In this document: positions 50,601 through 62,639 of the stretch, one piece after another
Layout: each line of letters opens with the position of its first letter
How positions within the stretch are numbered: the stretch's first letter is position 1
Origin: Hypanus sabinus
Taxonomy: Eukaryota
DNA: 64,000 nt
Direction: 5' to 3'
Assembly (NCBI RefSeq): GCF_030144855.1
Contig: NC_082712.1
Span: forward strand, 9,982,001-10,046,000
Translations under genes and position numbers: made by a program
Notes under the pieces: model-generated
The model's input: only the letters and a program-made list of their open reading frames with translations
Database searches by the model: none
What the model was told of the DNA's origin: nothing

Positions 50601-51010
50601 GAAAATTATGCTACGTCATCAACCTGTGTTCAGGGCACCCGACTTTGATAAACCATTTTTATTAGCGATGAGGCTGCAGGACCAGTATTACTTCAAAGAA
50701 ATGAGGCTGACAAGGTTGATCATCCAGTAGCTTACTTCTCTAAGAGATTTAATTAGCATCAAAAAACTATTCAACTGTAGAAAAGGAATTATTATCCCTT
50801 GTTTTGGCTTTACAACATTTTGATGTGTATGTTCGTGCAACTCAGAAACCACTCACAGTTTACACCGATCATAATCCTTTAGTGTTTTTGAGTAAGGTGA
50901 AAAACAAAAATAGAAGGTTACTAAATTGGAGTTTGATGTTACATGAGTATAATATTTTGATAATTCATTAAAGGCAAAGATAATGTAATTGCTGACTGTC
51001 TATCTAGATG
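47700..51010 (+). pseudogene. Gmr1 pol remnant in the order PR-IN-RT-RH
   Basis: PR-like (GASQSL) at ~47770; IN H-H motif (AHSMPLGGH..HFYWPG) at ~48470 with core to ~49300; RT (PIKQHPYR, IDLLKGYW, PFG, AYIED) at 49780-50400; RH (TDHNPL) at ~50865. Confidence 0.9.
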
Positions 51011-51187
51011 TTGAATATACAATGTAATTTTAACATTTGTAACACTACTACTGTATATTGGTTTGTAAGGTGCTGTACGATAATTCTGTATATATTGTGT
51101 ATGTTGTAGATTTTATACATTTGTTTTTTTTTTGGAAATAGTTGTTAAAATTTTTTTCATAACAGACCAAAATTATCCTTTGTTTTT

Positions 51188-51196
51188 GGAGGGAGG
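51188..51196 (+). other. Polypurine tract
   Basis: GGAGGGAGG directly before the TG of the 3' LTR. Confidence 0.75.
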
Positions 51197-51229
51197 TGTT
51201 ACATACCCCGTTGGTATCTTGTGACTGTC

Positions 51230-53702
51230 TTCAATCTACATATAGATTGGGTGAACCAAATTGGTAAGGGTGCTGAGGAAGAGGATTTCTTGGAATGTAT
51301 GCGGGATGGTTTTCTGAACCAACATGTCGAGGAACCAACTAGAGAGCAGGCCATTCTCGATTGGGTATTGAGCAATGAGGAAGGGTTAGTTAGCAATCTT
51401 GTCATGCGATGCCCCTTGGGTAAGAGTGACCATAATATGGTGGAATTCTTCATTAAGATGGAGAGTGACATAGTTAATTCAGAAACAAAGGTTCTGAACT
51501 TAAAGAAGGGTAACTGTGAAGGTATGAGACGTGAATTAGCTAAGATAGACTGGCAAATGATGCTTAAAGGGTTGACAGTGGATATGCAATGGCAAGCATT
51601 TAAAGATCACATGGATGAACTACAACAATTGTTCATCCCAGTTTGGCAAAAGAATAAACCAGGGAAGGTAGTACACCCGTGGCTGACAAGGTAAATTAGG
51701 GATAGTATCAAGTCCAAAGAAGAAACATATAAATTAGCAGAAACAAGTGGCACACCTGAGTACTGGGATAAATTCAGAGACCAGCAGAGGAGGACAAAGG
51801 GCTTAATTAGAAAAGGGAACAAAGATTATGAGAGAAAGCTGGCAGGGAACATAAAAACTGACTGTAAAAGCTTTTATAGATATGTGAAAAGAAAAAGATT
51901 GGTCAAGCCAAATGTAGGTCCCTTACAGTCAGAAACAGGTGAATTGATCATAGGGAACAAAGACGTGGCAGACCAATTGGATAACTACTTTGGTTCTGTC
52001 TTCACTAAGGAGGACAAAAATAATCTTCTGAAAATTGTAAGGGACCGAGAGTCCAGTGAGATGGAGGAACTGAGGGAAATGCATGTTAGTAGGAAAGTGG
52101 TGTTAGGTCAATTGAAGGGATTAAAGGCAGATGAATCCCCAGGGCCAGGTGGTCTGCATCCCAGAGTGCTTAAGGAAGTAGCCCAAGAAATAATGGATGC
52201 ATTAGTGATAATTTTTCAAAACTCCTTAGATTCTGGATTAGTTCCTGAGGATTGGAGGCTGACTAATGTAACCCCACTTTTTAATAAAAGGAGGGAGAGA
52301 AAAACCGGGGAATTATAGACCGGTGAGTCTGACATCAGTGGTGGGGAAAATGCTGGAGTCGGTTATCAAAGATGTGATAACAGCACATTTGGAAAGAGGT
52401 GAAATCATTGGACAAAGTCAGCATGGATTTGTGAAAGGAAAATCATGTCTGACGAATCTTACAGAACTTTTTAAAGATGTAACTAGTAGATTGGATAGGG
52501 GAGAGCCAGAGGATATTTAAATTTTCAAAAGGCTTTTGACAAGGTCCCACGCAGGAGATTAGTGTGCAAACTTAAAGCACATGGTATTGGGGGTATGGTG
52601 TTGATGTGGATAGAGAACTGGTTGGCAGACAGGAAGCAAAGTGTGGGAGTAAATGGGACCTTTTCAGAATGCAGGCAATGACTAATGGGGTACCGCAAGG
52701 CTCAGTTTTGAGACCCCAGTTGTTTACAATGTATATTTATGATTTAGACGAGGGAATTAAATGCAGCATCTCCAAGTTTGCCGATGACATGAAGCTGGGC
52801 AGTGGTGAGGAGGATGCTAAGAGGATGCAGGGTGACTTGGTTGGGTTAGGTGAGTGGGCAAATTCATGGCAGATGCAATTTAATGTGGATAAATGTGAGG
52901 TTATCCACTTCGGTTGCAAGAACAGGAAAACAGATTATTATCTGAATGGTGGCCGATTAGGAAAAAGGGAGGTACAACGAGACCTGGGTGTCATTGTACA
53001 CCAGTCATTGAAGGTGGGCATGCAGGTACAGCAGGCGGTGAAAAAGGCAAATAGTATGTTGGCATTCATAGCAAAAGGATTTGAGTACAGGAGCAGGGAG
53101 GTTCTACTGCAGTTGTCCAAGGCCTTGGTGAGACCGCACCTAGAGTATTGTGTGCAGTTTTGGTCCCCTAATCTGAGGAAAGACATTCTTGCCATAGAGG
53201 GAATACAAAGAAGGTTCAAAAGATTGATTCCTGGGATGGCAGGACTTTCATATGAAGAAAGACTGGATTGACTAGGCTTATACTCACTAGAACTGAGGGG
53301 GGATCTTATTAAAACGTATAAAATTCTAAAGGGATTGGACAGGCTCGATGCAGGAAGATTATTTCCGATGTTGGGGAAGTCCAGAACGAGGGGTCGCAGT
53401 TTAAGGATAAAGGGGAAGCCTTTTAGGACCGAGATGAGGAAAAACTTCTTCATACAGAGAGTGGTGAATCTGTGGAATTCTGTGCCACAGGAAACAGTTG
53501 AGGCCGGTTTATTGGCTATACTTAAGAGCAAGTTAGATATGGCCCTTGTGGCGAAAAGGATCAGGGGGTATGGAGAGAAAGCAGGTATAGGGTTCTGAGA
53601 TGGATGATCAGCCATGATCATTCTGAATGGCAGTGCAGGCTCAAAGGGTCAAATGGCCTACTCCTGCACCTATTTTCTATGTTTCTATGTTTCTATGTTT
53701 CT
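51230..53702 (+). mobile_element. 5'-truncated CR1 with (TTTCTATG)n tail
   Basis: APE end (ILDWVLSNE, LGKSDHNM) and RT (SQHGFVKGKSCLTN, SKFADD, HLEYCVQFWSP); several frameshifts. Confidence 0.93.
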
Positions 53703-54192
53703 GACCATGATGTAATTGTCTTGTGATGGTGGGGTGATGTAATTTTCCTGCTAGTGTGAGGTCACATGATGTTATGTTCCAACAGATATATAAGTGAAAC
53801 CTTTGCTGTGACGCAGTTAGTTCCACGTTGTTTGTTAGTTAGTTATTGTGCGTATTCGTCTCATGATGCAGTTTCATTTTTAAAGTGGAGTTAAAGGGGT
53901 AAAAACCATTGTGCCGGCAGTTTCGCCAATCGCTGCTGGTTCTGGTTTGTCCCATCTTTGATTTATCTTTACTGCCGAGTTGGAGAGTGAAGAATTTACC
54001 GAAGTACGGGAACCCGAAGGATTGAGTAAAGTTGGTGTCGTTTGGCTGTTTTATGAAGGATCGACCTTATTGAATCTTCATTTAGGAAAAGTGATAACTC
54101 CTGCAAGATTGGGAAGGTTTGTGCAGTGTTCACTTTCCAGCAAAAAAGGTCAGTTCCTTTAAGCCGTTTTATTTACTTCGTCATGGATCTTT

Positions 54193-55630
54193 ATCCCACC
54201 TTTTAAGAAAGGAGGGAGAGAGAAAACAGGGAATTATAGACCAGTTAGCCTGACATCAGTGGTGGGGAAGATGCTGGAGTCAATTATAAAACATGAAATA
54301 GCGGCACATTTGGATAGCAGTAACAGGATCGGTCCGAGTCAGCATGGATTTACGAAGGGAAAATCATGCTTGACTAATCATCTGGAATTTTTTGAGGATG
54401 TAACTATGAAAATGGACAAAGGAGAGCCAGTGGATGTAGTGCACCTGGACTTTCAGAAAGCCTTTGATAAGGTCCCACATTGGAGATTAGTGGGCAAAAT
54501 TAGAGCACATGGTATTGGGAGTAGGGTACTGACATGGATAAAAAACTGGCTGGCAGACAGGAAATAAAGAGTAGGGATTAACGGGTCCTTTTCAGAATGG
54601 CAGGCAGTGACTAGTGGGGTACCGCAAGGCTCGGTGCTGGGACAGCAGCAATTTACGATATACATTAATGATTTAGATGAAGTGATTAAAAGTAACATTA
54701 GAAAATTTGCAGATGACACAAAGTTGGGTGGCAGTGTGAAATCTGAGGAGGATGTTAGGAGAATGCAGGGTGACTTGGACAGGTTGGGTGAGTGGGCAGA
54801 TGCATGGCAGATGCAGCTTAATGTGGATAAATGTGAGGTTATCCACTTTGGTGGCAAGAACAGGAAGGCAGATTACTATTTGAATGGTGTCAAATTTGGA
54901 AAAGGGGAAGTACAATGAGACCTAGGTGTTTTTATACATCAGTTACTGAAAGTAAGCATGCAGGTACAGCAGGCAGTGACGAAAGCTAATGGCATGTTGG
55001 CCTTCATAACAAGGGGAGTTGAGTAAAGGAACAAAGTGGTCCTTCTGCAGTTGTACAGGGCCCTGGTGTGACCAGACCTGCAGTATTGTGTTCAGTTTTG
55101 GTCTCCAATTTTGAGGAAGGACATTCTTGTTATTGAGGGAGTGTAGGTTCACGAGATTAGTTCCCGGGATGGCGGACTGTCATATGTTGAAAGATTGGAG
55201 CGACTGGGCTTGTATACACTGGAATTTAGAAGGATGAGAGGGGATCTAATTGAAACATATATGGTTATTAAGGGATTAGACATGCTAGAGGCAGGGAACA
55301 TGTTCCCGATGTTGGGGGAGTTCAGAACCAGAGGCCACAGTTTAGGAATAAGGGGTAAGCCATTTAGAACAGAGTTCAGGAAAAACCTTTTCACCCAGAG
55401 AGTTGTGGATCTATGGAATGCTCTGCCTCAGAAGGCAGTGGAGGCCAATTCTCTAAATACTTTCAAGAATGTGTTAGATAAAGCTCTTAAAGATAGCAGA
55501 GTCAAGGGATATGGGGAGAAGGCAGAAACGAGGTACTAATTGTGGATGATCAGCTATGATCACATTGAATGGCAATGCTGGCTCAAAGGGCCGAATGGCC
55601 TACTCCTGCACCTATTGTCTGTTGTCTGTT
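54193..55630 (+). mobile_element. 5'-truncated CR1 with (CT(A/G)TTGT)n tail
   Basis: RT motifs SQHGFTKGKSCLTN, DFQKAFDKVPH, GVPQGS and RKFADDTK; tail of the same type as 40097-44452. Confidence 0.93.
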
Positions 55631-55747
55631 GAATACTTTGGACAAGACGTCTCTTGACTGTGATCAGCAGATTCATCATTTTCTTTGGAGAAATTGTTGT
55701 TGCAGTAAAGTCTCTCTTTACTGGCTGTATAAATCATTTGGACTTTC

Positions 55748-55842
55748 GAATTTGCCACTTTAAGACTGTGTTTGAATTTACCACTTTAAGACTGTGTTTG
55801 AATTTACCACTTTAAGACTGTGTTTGAATTTACCACTTTAAG
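55748..55842. repeat. 26-bp tandem repeat (about 3.7 copies) inside the 3' LTR
   Basis: Unit GAATTTACCACTTTAAGACTGTGTTT; only about 2 copies at the equivalent 5' LTR site (~34478-34522). Confidence 0.93.
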
Positions 55843-56035
55843 AATTATTTCAGAGTTTGGCTATTTGTTAAGTTGCCATATAGCAGTTAATTTCCAGTTA
55901 AGTTAGTTGCTGTTTATTTTTCACTTTTGTTGAGTAGAGTTTAATAAATGTTTATGTTTGTTTATAAAACTTGATAATTCTATTATCATTGTTGCTGGTC
56001 ACATAACACCTGGGACTGAACTGGACAACAGGGCA

Positions 56036-56197
56036 NNNNNNNNNNNNNNNNNNNNNNNNNNNNNNNNNNNNNNNNNNNNNNNNNNNNNNNNNNNNNNNNN
56101 NNNNNNNNNNNNNNNNNNNNNNNNNNNNNNNNNNNNNNNNNNNNNNNNNNNNNNNNNNNNNNNNNNNNNNNNNNNNNNNNNNNNNNNNNNNNNNNNN
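56036..56197. other. Assembly gap (162 N)
   Basis: N run. Confidence 1.
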
Positions 56198-56379
56198 TGT
56201 TTCTTCACTCTTTGAAGTTTGAGGAACTATTATATTTAGTCATTTTAAACTTATCATGGTTAGAGTGACAGAATGGTGCACTGCAGAAAATGGCACTTTG
56301 GCACATCTAGTCCACTTTTGTAATTAACCAATCATAATAGTCTAAAACCGGAGTTTTCCTTAGGGAGTTTAGGAGAATT

Positions 56380-58790
56380 CTCAAAGAGAAATTAGGATGG
56401 TCAAGAGAGGCCATGAAATGTAATTGGCAGGCAGGAGCAATGAAAATCTAAACCAGGAATTCCCAACCTGGAATACACCGATGGCTCGGTTAATGCTAAG
56501 GTCCCATAGCATAAAAAGGTGAGGAAACCTGAGCTAGATCAACAGGGGATGCATACCAATGTATAGAGAGTGACATTGAAGTTAGACAAAGAGCAGGAGT
56601 TATAGAGTATATGCCTGGTTCTGGAATGCACTCACTAGTGTTTAGAAGTTTGGGGGTGTGTGTGGGTGGGGGAGTGTGGAAGAGTGATCGCATTGAAACC
56701 TATTGAATATTGAAAAGGCTGAGATAGATTGGATATGTAGAGGATTTTCCTGTAGTATAGAACCAGAAGGTACAGCCTCAGAGTAGAGGGACTTCAATTC
56801 TGAACAGAGATAAAGAGGAATTTCTTCATCCAGAGAGTAGCGAATCTGTTGAATTCATTACCACTGACCGTTATGGAGGATAGTCATTGCATATATTTAA
56901 AACGGAGCTTAATAGGTCCTTGATTAGTCAAAGACTACAGAGGGAAAACAGGAGAATGAGGTCGAGAGGAAAAATAAATCAGCTATGAATGTATAGAGGA
57001 GAAGACGTGATGGACCAAATGGCCTTATTCTGCTCCTATGTCTTATGGTCTTATGGTAAAGAGCTTAAGGTAAAGGAACCCTTAGGGAAAAGCGATCATA
57101 ATATGATTGAATTCACCTTGAAATTTGAGAGTGAGAGGATAAAGTTTGATATATCAGTATTACAGAGTAGTAAAGGGAATTAAAGAAGGAAAGTTGATTG
57201 GAAAGGGGATGCTAGCAGGGATGGCAGCATGTCATCAATGGCTGGAGTTTCTGGGGGCAGTTCTGAAGTCACAGGACAGATACATCCTGAAGTTGAAGAA
57301 GAATTCTAAAGGGAGGATGAGGCAACCATGGCTGAAAAGGGAAAACAGAGCATATAATGTAGGCAAAATTGGTGTGTAGTTTAGACAATTGGGAAGCTTT
57401 TAAAAACACAAAAGAAGGTAACCAAAAAAGCTGCAATAACAGAAAAGATTAAATATGAAGGCCAGCTAGCCAATAATATAAAAAAGGATGCCAAAACCTA
57501 TTTCTTTTGCCGGTATATAAAGAGTGAAAGAAAGACAAGAACGGATATAATGAGAGACATTGATCGTATGGTTAGTCAGGGGCTTTTTTTCTAAGCCTGA
57601 AATGGCTAACACGAGACAGCACAGTTTTCAGCTGCTTGGAAGTAAGTACAGAGGGGATATCAGGGGTAAGTTTTTTACGCAGAGAGTGGTGAGTGCATGG
57701 AATGGGCTGCCAGCGACTGTGGTGGAGGCAGATACAATAGGGTCTTTTAAGAGACTCCTGGATAGGTAAATGGAGACATTTGTAGTGTTCTTTCAAGCAT
57801 CACTCGATGCTGGAATTGTTCCAAGGACTGAAAAATAACAAATGACAATCCAGTTTTTAAGAAGGGAGGGAGGTGGAAAAAAGGAAATGGTAGGCTTCAA
57901 TGGTTGGGAAGATGATGGAGCAAATAATAAAGGATGAGGATTCAGGATATTTGAAGGCATATGGTCAAGTAAGCCAAAGTCAGCATGGTTCTTTAAGGAG
58001 TAATATTCTTGATAAATCTGTTGGGATTCTTTGTGAAAACAACAGATAGAATAGACAAAGATGAGTTAGTGATGTGTTTTGTTTTGCATTTTCTGATCAA
58101 AATGCATTTTGCATTCAAAAAATGGCCTTTGATAAGGTGCTGCACATGTGATGGCTCAACAAGATAAGAGCCCATGGCATTACAGGACAAATACTTGCAT
58201 GGATAGAAGATTACTGACTGGAAAGAGGCAATAAGTGGGTATAAACAGAGACTTATCTGATTGGCTGCCAGTGGCCTGTGGTATTCCACAGTGGTCCATG
58301 TTGGAACCATTTCTTTTTATGTTATAGACTGATGATTTGGATGAAGGAATTGATGGCTTTCTGGCCAAGTTTGCAGATGATATGAAGATCACTAGAGGGT
58401 TAGGTAGTGCTGAAGAAGCAGGAAGTTTGCAGAATTTAGACAGGTTGTGAGAATAGGAGAAAAATGGCAGATGGAACATAGAGTTGGGAAGTGTGTGGTC
58501 ACGAGATTTGGTAGAAGAAATAAAGGTGTAAACTATTTTCTAAATAGGAAGAGAAGTTTTAAAATCAGAGGTGCAAAAGGACTTGGGAGCCTTCATGCAG
58601 GATTCCTTAACGGTTAACTGTCAGGTTGAGTTGTTGGGAAGGAAGGCAAATACAATGTTAGCATTCATTTTGAGAGGACTAAATATAAGAGCAAAGATGT
58701 AATGCTGAGACTTTATAAGACAACAGTTTGATCGCACATAGAGTATTGTGAGCAGTTTTGTTCACTTTTGCACCCACTATCCCTCAACCT
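56380..58790 (+). mobile_element. Cluster of old, rearranged CR1 ORF2 and 3' fragments
   Basis: KEPLGKSDHNMIEF, FFTQRVVSAWNGLP, SQHG and AKFADD motifs, out of order and with many stops. Confidence 0.8.
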
Positions 58791-59578
58791 ACGTTGGATA
58801 CATTGTTAGATACATGAGATGTTCCTCATGACTAAGTAGGGGGCTGCCAAGTAAAATACTCTGAATAGGTTGATATAACACTATAGTCATAAAGCACTAG
58901 CACAGAAACTGGCCCTTTGGCCCATTAAATCCACTCCAAACTGTCATTCTGTCTAAACCCCTTGATCCACACATTGACTACAGTCATCTGAACCTCTCTC
59001 ATCCATGTCCAATACTTATTCAACCTTCTCTTACATTCTAGTCATCAACCAGTCTGTGTGTAAAGGTCATTGCCTGAAAAAAACATTTGAAACCATAGTA
59101 TCTCTCTGTATAAATCTATTTTGGATCTTTTCAAGGATTGGTGGAAAAAGAAAGGTCTCCCACAAGCAGCAAATTTAAACTGTCAACAGTTGGTGGTCAG
59201 AGATGATCAATTTCCTCACCAAGTAATGGAAAGGAAACACCAGATTAAGAATGGAAAAGATGACAATAGGTGATGGATACAACCCAGATGATTAGAGGAG
59301 AAGCCCTACCCACCATTCAGTACAATCACAAGGAGCATGGCCACAGAAAGCAACATACATCATCAAGAACATTCACCATCCAAGCCATGCTGTCTTCTGT
59401 CTCCTGCTATTGGTTAGGAGATAAAGGACCCTTTGACTTCACACCACCAGTTGAGGAACAGTTATGACATGTCAACTATCAGGACCAATGTAGAGAACTT
59501 CACTCACATAACAAAACTGATCACTGAACACAACTTAGGGACACATTTTCAAGGACCCTACAATCTTCATGCTATTTA

Positions 59579-59581
<3 letters not shown>

Positions 59582-59621
<40 letters not shown>

Positions 59622-59631
59622 CATACACATA
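59582..59631. repeat. (GT)n-(AT)n-(AC)n microsatellite
   Basis: Direct reading of the sequence. Confidence 0.95.
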
Positions 59632-59649
59632 CAGAGCAGAGATTGGTAT

Positions 59650-60800
59650 TGAATCTATTGTAGTTCACCATCTATATCAATAATGACTGGTGGTGTAGTG
59701 GCATCACCACTGGACCTCAGGGCAGATGGTCCTGAGTTTAAACCCAGCCGGGTCCCAACCTGGATAGCAGCAGCATCAGTGTGGAAGAAAGGCCTGGCAA
59801 TCTACTTCCGTATCTTGTCATGAAAACCCCATGCACCCTATGATCTATGAGGTCATGAAGAGTTGGACTCAACTTAATGGCTGAACAACAACAATATCAA
59901 TAATGTGGATGATAACTGGATCAGAAAATATGTGGATGACATGAAGGTTGGGTGTGTAGAGGAGATTGAGGAAGGCTACCATGGTTTGTTGAAGGATCTG
60001 CATCTGCTGGAATAATGGGCTGAAAAATGGCAGATGGAACTTAATGCGAACAAGGGCGAGGTGTTGCATTTCAGTAGGACCAGCCAGGGTAGGTTTTACA
60101 CAGAGAATGGTAGGGCATGGAGGAGTGTGGTAGTACAAAGGGATTTGGAAATACAGGTCCATAATTCGTTGAATGTGGCATCACAGGTAGATAACGTGGT
60201 AAAGAAAGCTCTTGGCACATTAGCCTTCATAAATCAAAGTACTGAGTATAGGAGATGGGATGTTAGTTGAATTTTTACAAGATGTTGGTGAGGCCTAATT
60301 TGGAGTATTGTTTGCAGTTTTCATCACCTACCTAGAAGAATTAAGTAAATAAGGTTGAAAGAGTATAGAGAAAATTTACAAGAATGTTGCCAGGTTGGAG
60401 GACCTGAGTTACAAGGAAAGATTGAATTGGATAGGACTTTATTCCTCCAACGGTATAATGTTAAGAGCAGCTTTGTTGAGGTATACAAAATTATGAGTGG
60501 TGTAGATAGTGTAAATGCAAGCAGATTTTTTTCCACTGAGGTTGGGTGTGTCTACAACCAGAGGTCATGAGTTAAGGATGAAAGATGAAAAGTTTAGGGG
60601 AACATGAGGGGAAACTTCTTCACTCATAGAGTGGTGAGGATGTGGAATGAAATACCAGCACAAGTGGTAAGTGTGAGCTCGATTTTGATGTTTAATAGAA
60701 ATTTGGATAGGTACATGGATGGTAGGGGATGGAGGGCTGTCGTCCTCAAACAGGTTGATGGGAAAAGGCAGTTTAAATGGACTAGATGGACAGAAGGGCT
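59650..60800 (+). mobile_element. Decayed CR1 3' fragment
   Basis: WQMELNANKGEVLHF, LEYCLQF and GNFFTHRVVRMWNE motifs. Confidence 0.8.
59686..59893 (+). mobile_element. tRNA-head SINE with RTE-type (CAA)n tail, 12-bp TSD ATATCAATAATG
   Basis: A-box TGGTGTAGTGG, B-box-like GAGTTTAAACC, tail CTGAACAACAACA; TSD at 59674-59685 and 59894-59905; interrupts a CR1 FTIYIN..DD motif. Confidence 0.75.
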
Positions 60801-61489
60801 TGTTTCAATGCTTACTGTCATGGCTTCACCATCATAGCTTGAAGTAGTGATCCACCGTCTAAGCTCATCCGCTGTGTTCATGAATCGTTCATTAGTGGAA
60901 GGAGAAGTACTGGAAACATTTTACAGGGCATGATTTATTTACAGGGCTGAGGCAACAGTGCTTTGAGGCAAATTTATACCCCTGAAGAATATTCCCCAAT
61001 AAAACCACAAGTACAAATCCAAGCAGAAAGAAATCTGACTGGTATGGCAAAATGCCTTGAGCATTATATGGCAGACCAGGAAATGCAACACCATGACAGG
61101 GTAAATTCCGAGATCTAAACATATAATAATCACCAGACTTATAACATGGAGATATCATAGCGTGCAAAAGATATACCTAGGATGCTGAAGACTTTATCAC
61201 AGTATTGTATTTGGCAACTTGAAGCGGTAAGCGAGTTTGTGAATCTGGCAGGAGCAAAAGATATTGGAAATGGCGAGGGTGGAATGTCGAAGGAGGGATG
61301 GCCGAGAAGGTGGGGGCACTGCGGTTTCCATACCATGCAGTCATGCAAGATGTTAGGATGTTCTTCATTGCCCATCTGTAGACAAGCATAAATATTGTTG
61401 TGCATAGACCATCTCTCTTCAGCCTCCAGAGAAAGAGAGTTTTCTTGAATTTTTTCCTCAATTTCTGCACTTGCAGACCTCAGTCAGTT

Positions 61490-62330
61490 TGGATTAACAT
61501 CAACCCCTCCATGGTTTCCATCAGCACAGGGGCACCACAATGTTCTGTGCTTAGCTTCCTGCTCTACTGGCTTTACACTTATGAAACTGTGGCTCAGCAT
61601 AGCTTCAATGCTATAGTCAAGTGTGCTGATGACACCGCTGTCACTGGCTGAATTAATATCAGTGTATTGACTTGACTTGGTGGGAGACTGAAAATCTGGC
61701 TGAGTGCCACTATAACACAAACCTCTTACTCAATGTCACCAAGACCAAGGAGCTGATTATTGGCTTCAGAAGGAGGAACAAAGAGGTCCATAAGCGGGTA
61801 CTCGTGGGAGGATCAGGGTTGGAGAGGGTCGGCAATTTTAAATTCCTCTGTGTTATTTTTACCGAGTATTGGCCCTGGACCCGCCACCTATGTGCAATTA
61901 CAAAGCACCTCTACTTCTTTACGAGTTTGTGGAAATCCAGCACGACATCTAAAACTTTGCCAAACTTCTATAGAGCTGTGGTGGAGCTTACATTGACTGG
62001 GTGCATCACAGCCTGACAGGGAAACACCAATGCACTTGAACGGAAAATCATACAAATGTAATGAATACGACAGAGTCCTTCATGGGTATAGCCTTCCCCA
62101 CTATTGAACACATCTACACAGGAGGTTGATACAGGAAAGTAGCATCTACACTCAGGGACCCCTACCACCCAGGACATGCTCCCTCTCTCACTGCTGCCAT
62201 TGAGAAGAAGGTTGCAGGAGTCTTAGGACTGACAGAACGAGGGTCAGGAATACTTATTACCCCTCAAGCATCAGGCTCATGAACCAAAGGAAATAACTTC
62301 ATCAACCTCACTTCATCATTAGATAATAAG
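61490..62330 (+). mobile_element. Rex1/Babar-type RT fragment; a small antisense piece of the same type lies at ~61300-61470
   Basis: ISTGAPQ.SVLS.LLY.LYT, ADDT, LNVTKTKELIIGFRR, ERVGNFKFL and LTGCITA motifs. Confidence 0.8.
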
Positions 62331-62639
62331 ACAATAAGACATAAGAACAGAATTAGTCCATTCACCCCATTGAGTCTGCTCCGTCATTCCATCAATGCTG
62401 ATCCAGATACACTTGCCTTCTCACCAAATCATTTGATGCCCTGACCGAGCAGGAAACGATCATCTTTTGCTTTAAATATGCCCACGGACTTGGCCTCCAT
62501 AGCAGTCTGTCGCAGAGCATTCCACGGATTTACACTCTGGCTGAAAATTCCTCCTTACCTCTGTTCTACAATGTCACCCTTCAGTTTAGAGACTGTGCCT
62601 TTTAGCTCTGGTTACCTGCTACAGAGGAAACATCCTCTC

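Larger units (their letters stand above)
33767..56008 (+). mobile_element. Gmr1-like Ty3/Gypsy LTR retrotransposon (gag-PR-IN-RT-RH), inflated to 22 kb by nested insertions
   Basis: Two homologous TGTTA...TAACA LTRs, a PBS, a PPT, gag with SCAN-like region and zinc knuckle, and integrase located before RT. Confidence 0.9.
51197..56008 (+). repeat. 3' LTR of the Gmr1-like element, split by two CR1 insertions
   Basis: Segments 51197-51229, ~53700-54192 and ~55630-56008 reconstitute the 5' LTR; ends GCTGGTCACATAACA. Confidence 0.87.

Noticed and set aside
52938-53621. 227-aa minus-strand ORF, and similar ones (43753..43974, 54453..54857, 5021..5455)
   Set aside because: Antisense shadows of CR1 ORF2; they recur wherever CR1 does.
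55748-55842. Direct repeats as a CRISPR array
   Set aside because: Contiguous units without spacers, inside an LTR in eukaryotic DNA, with no cas genes.
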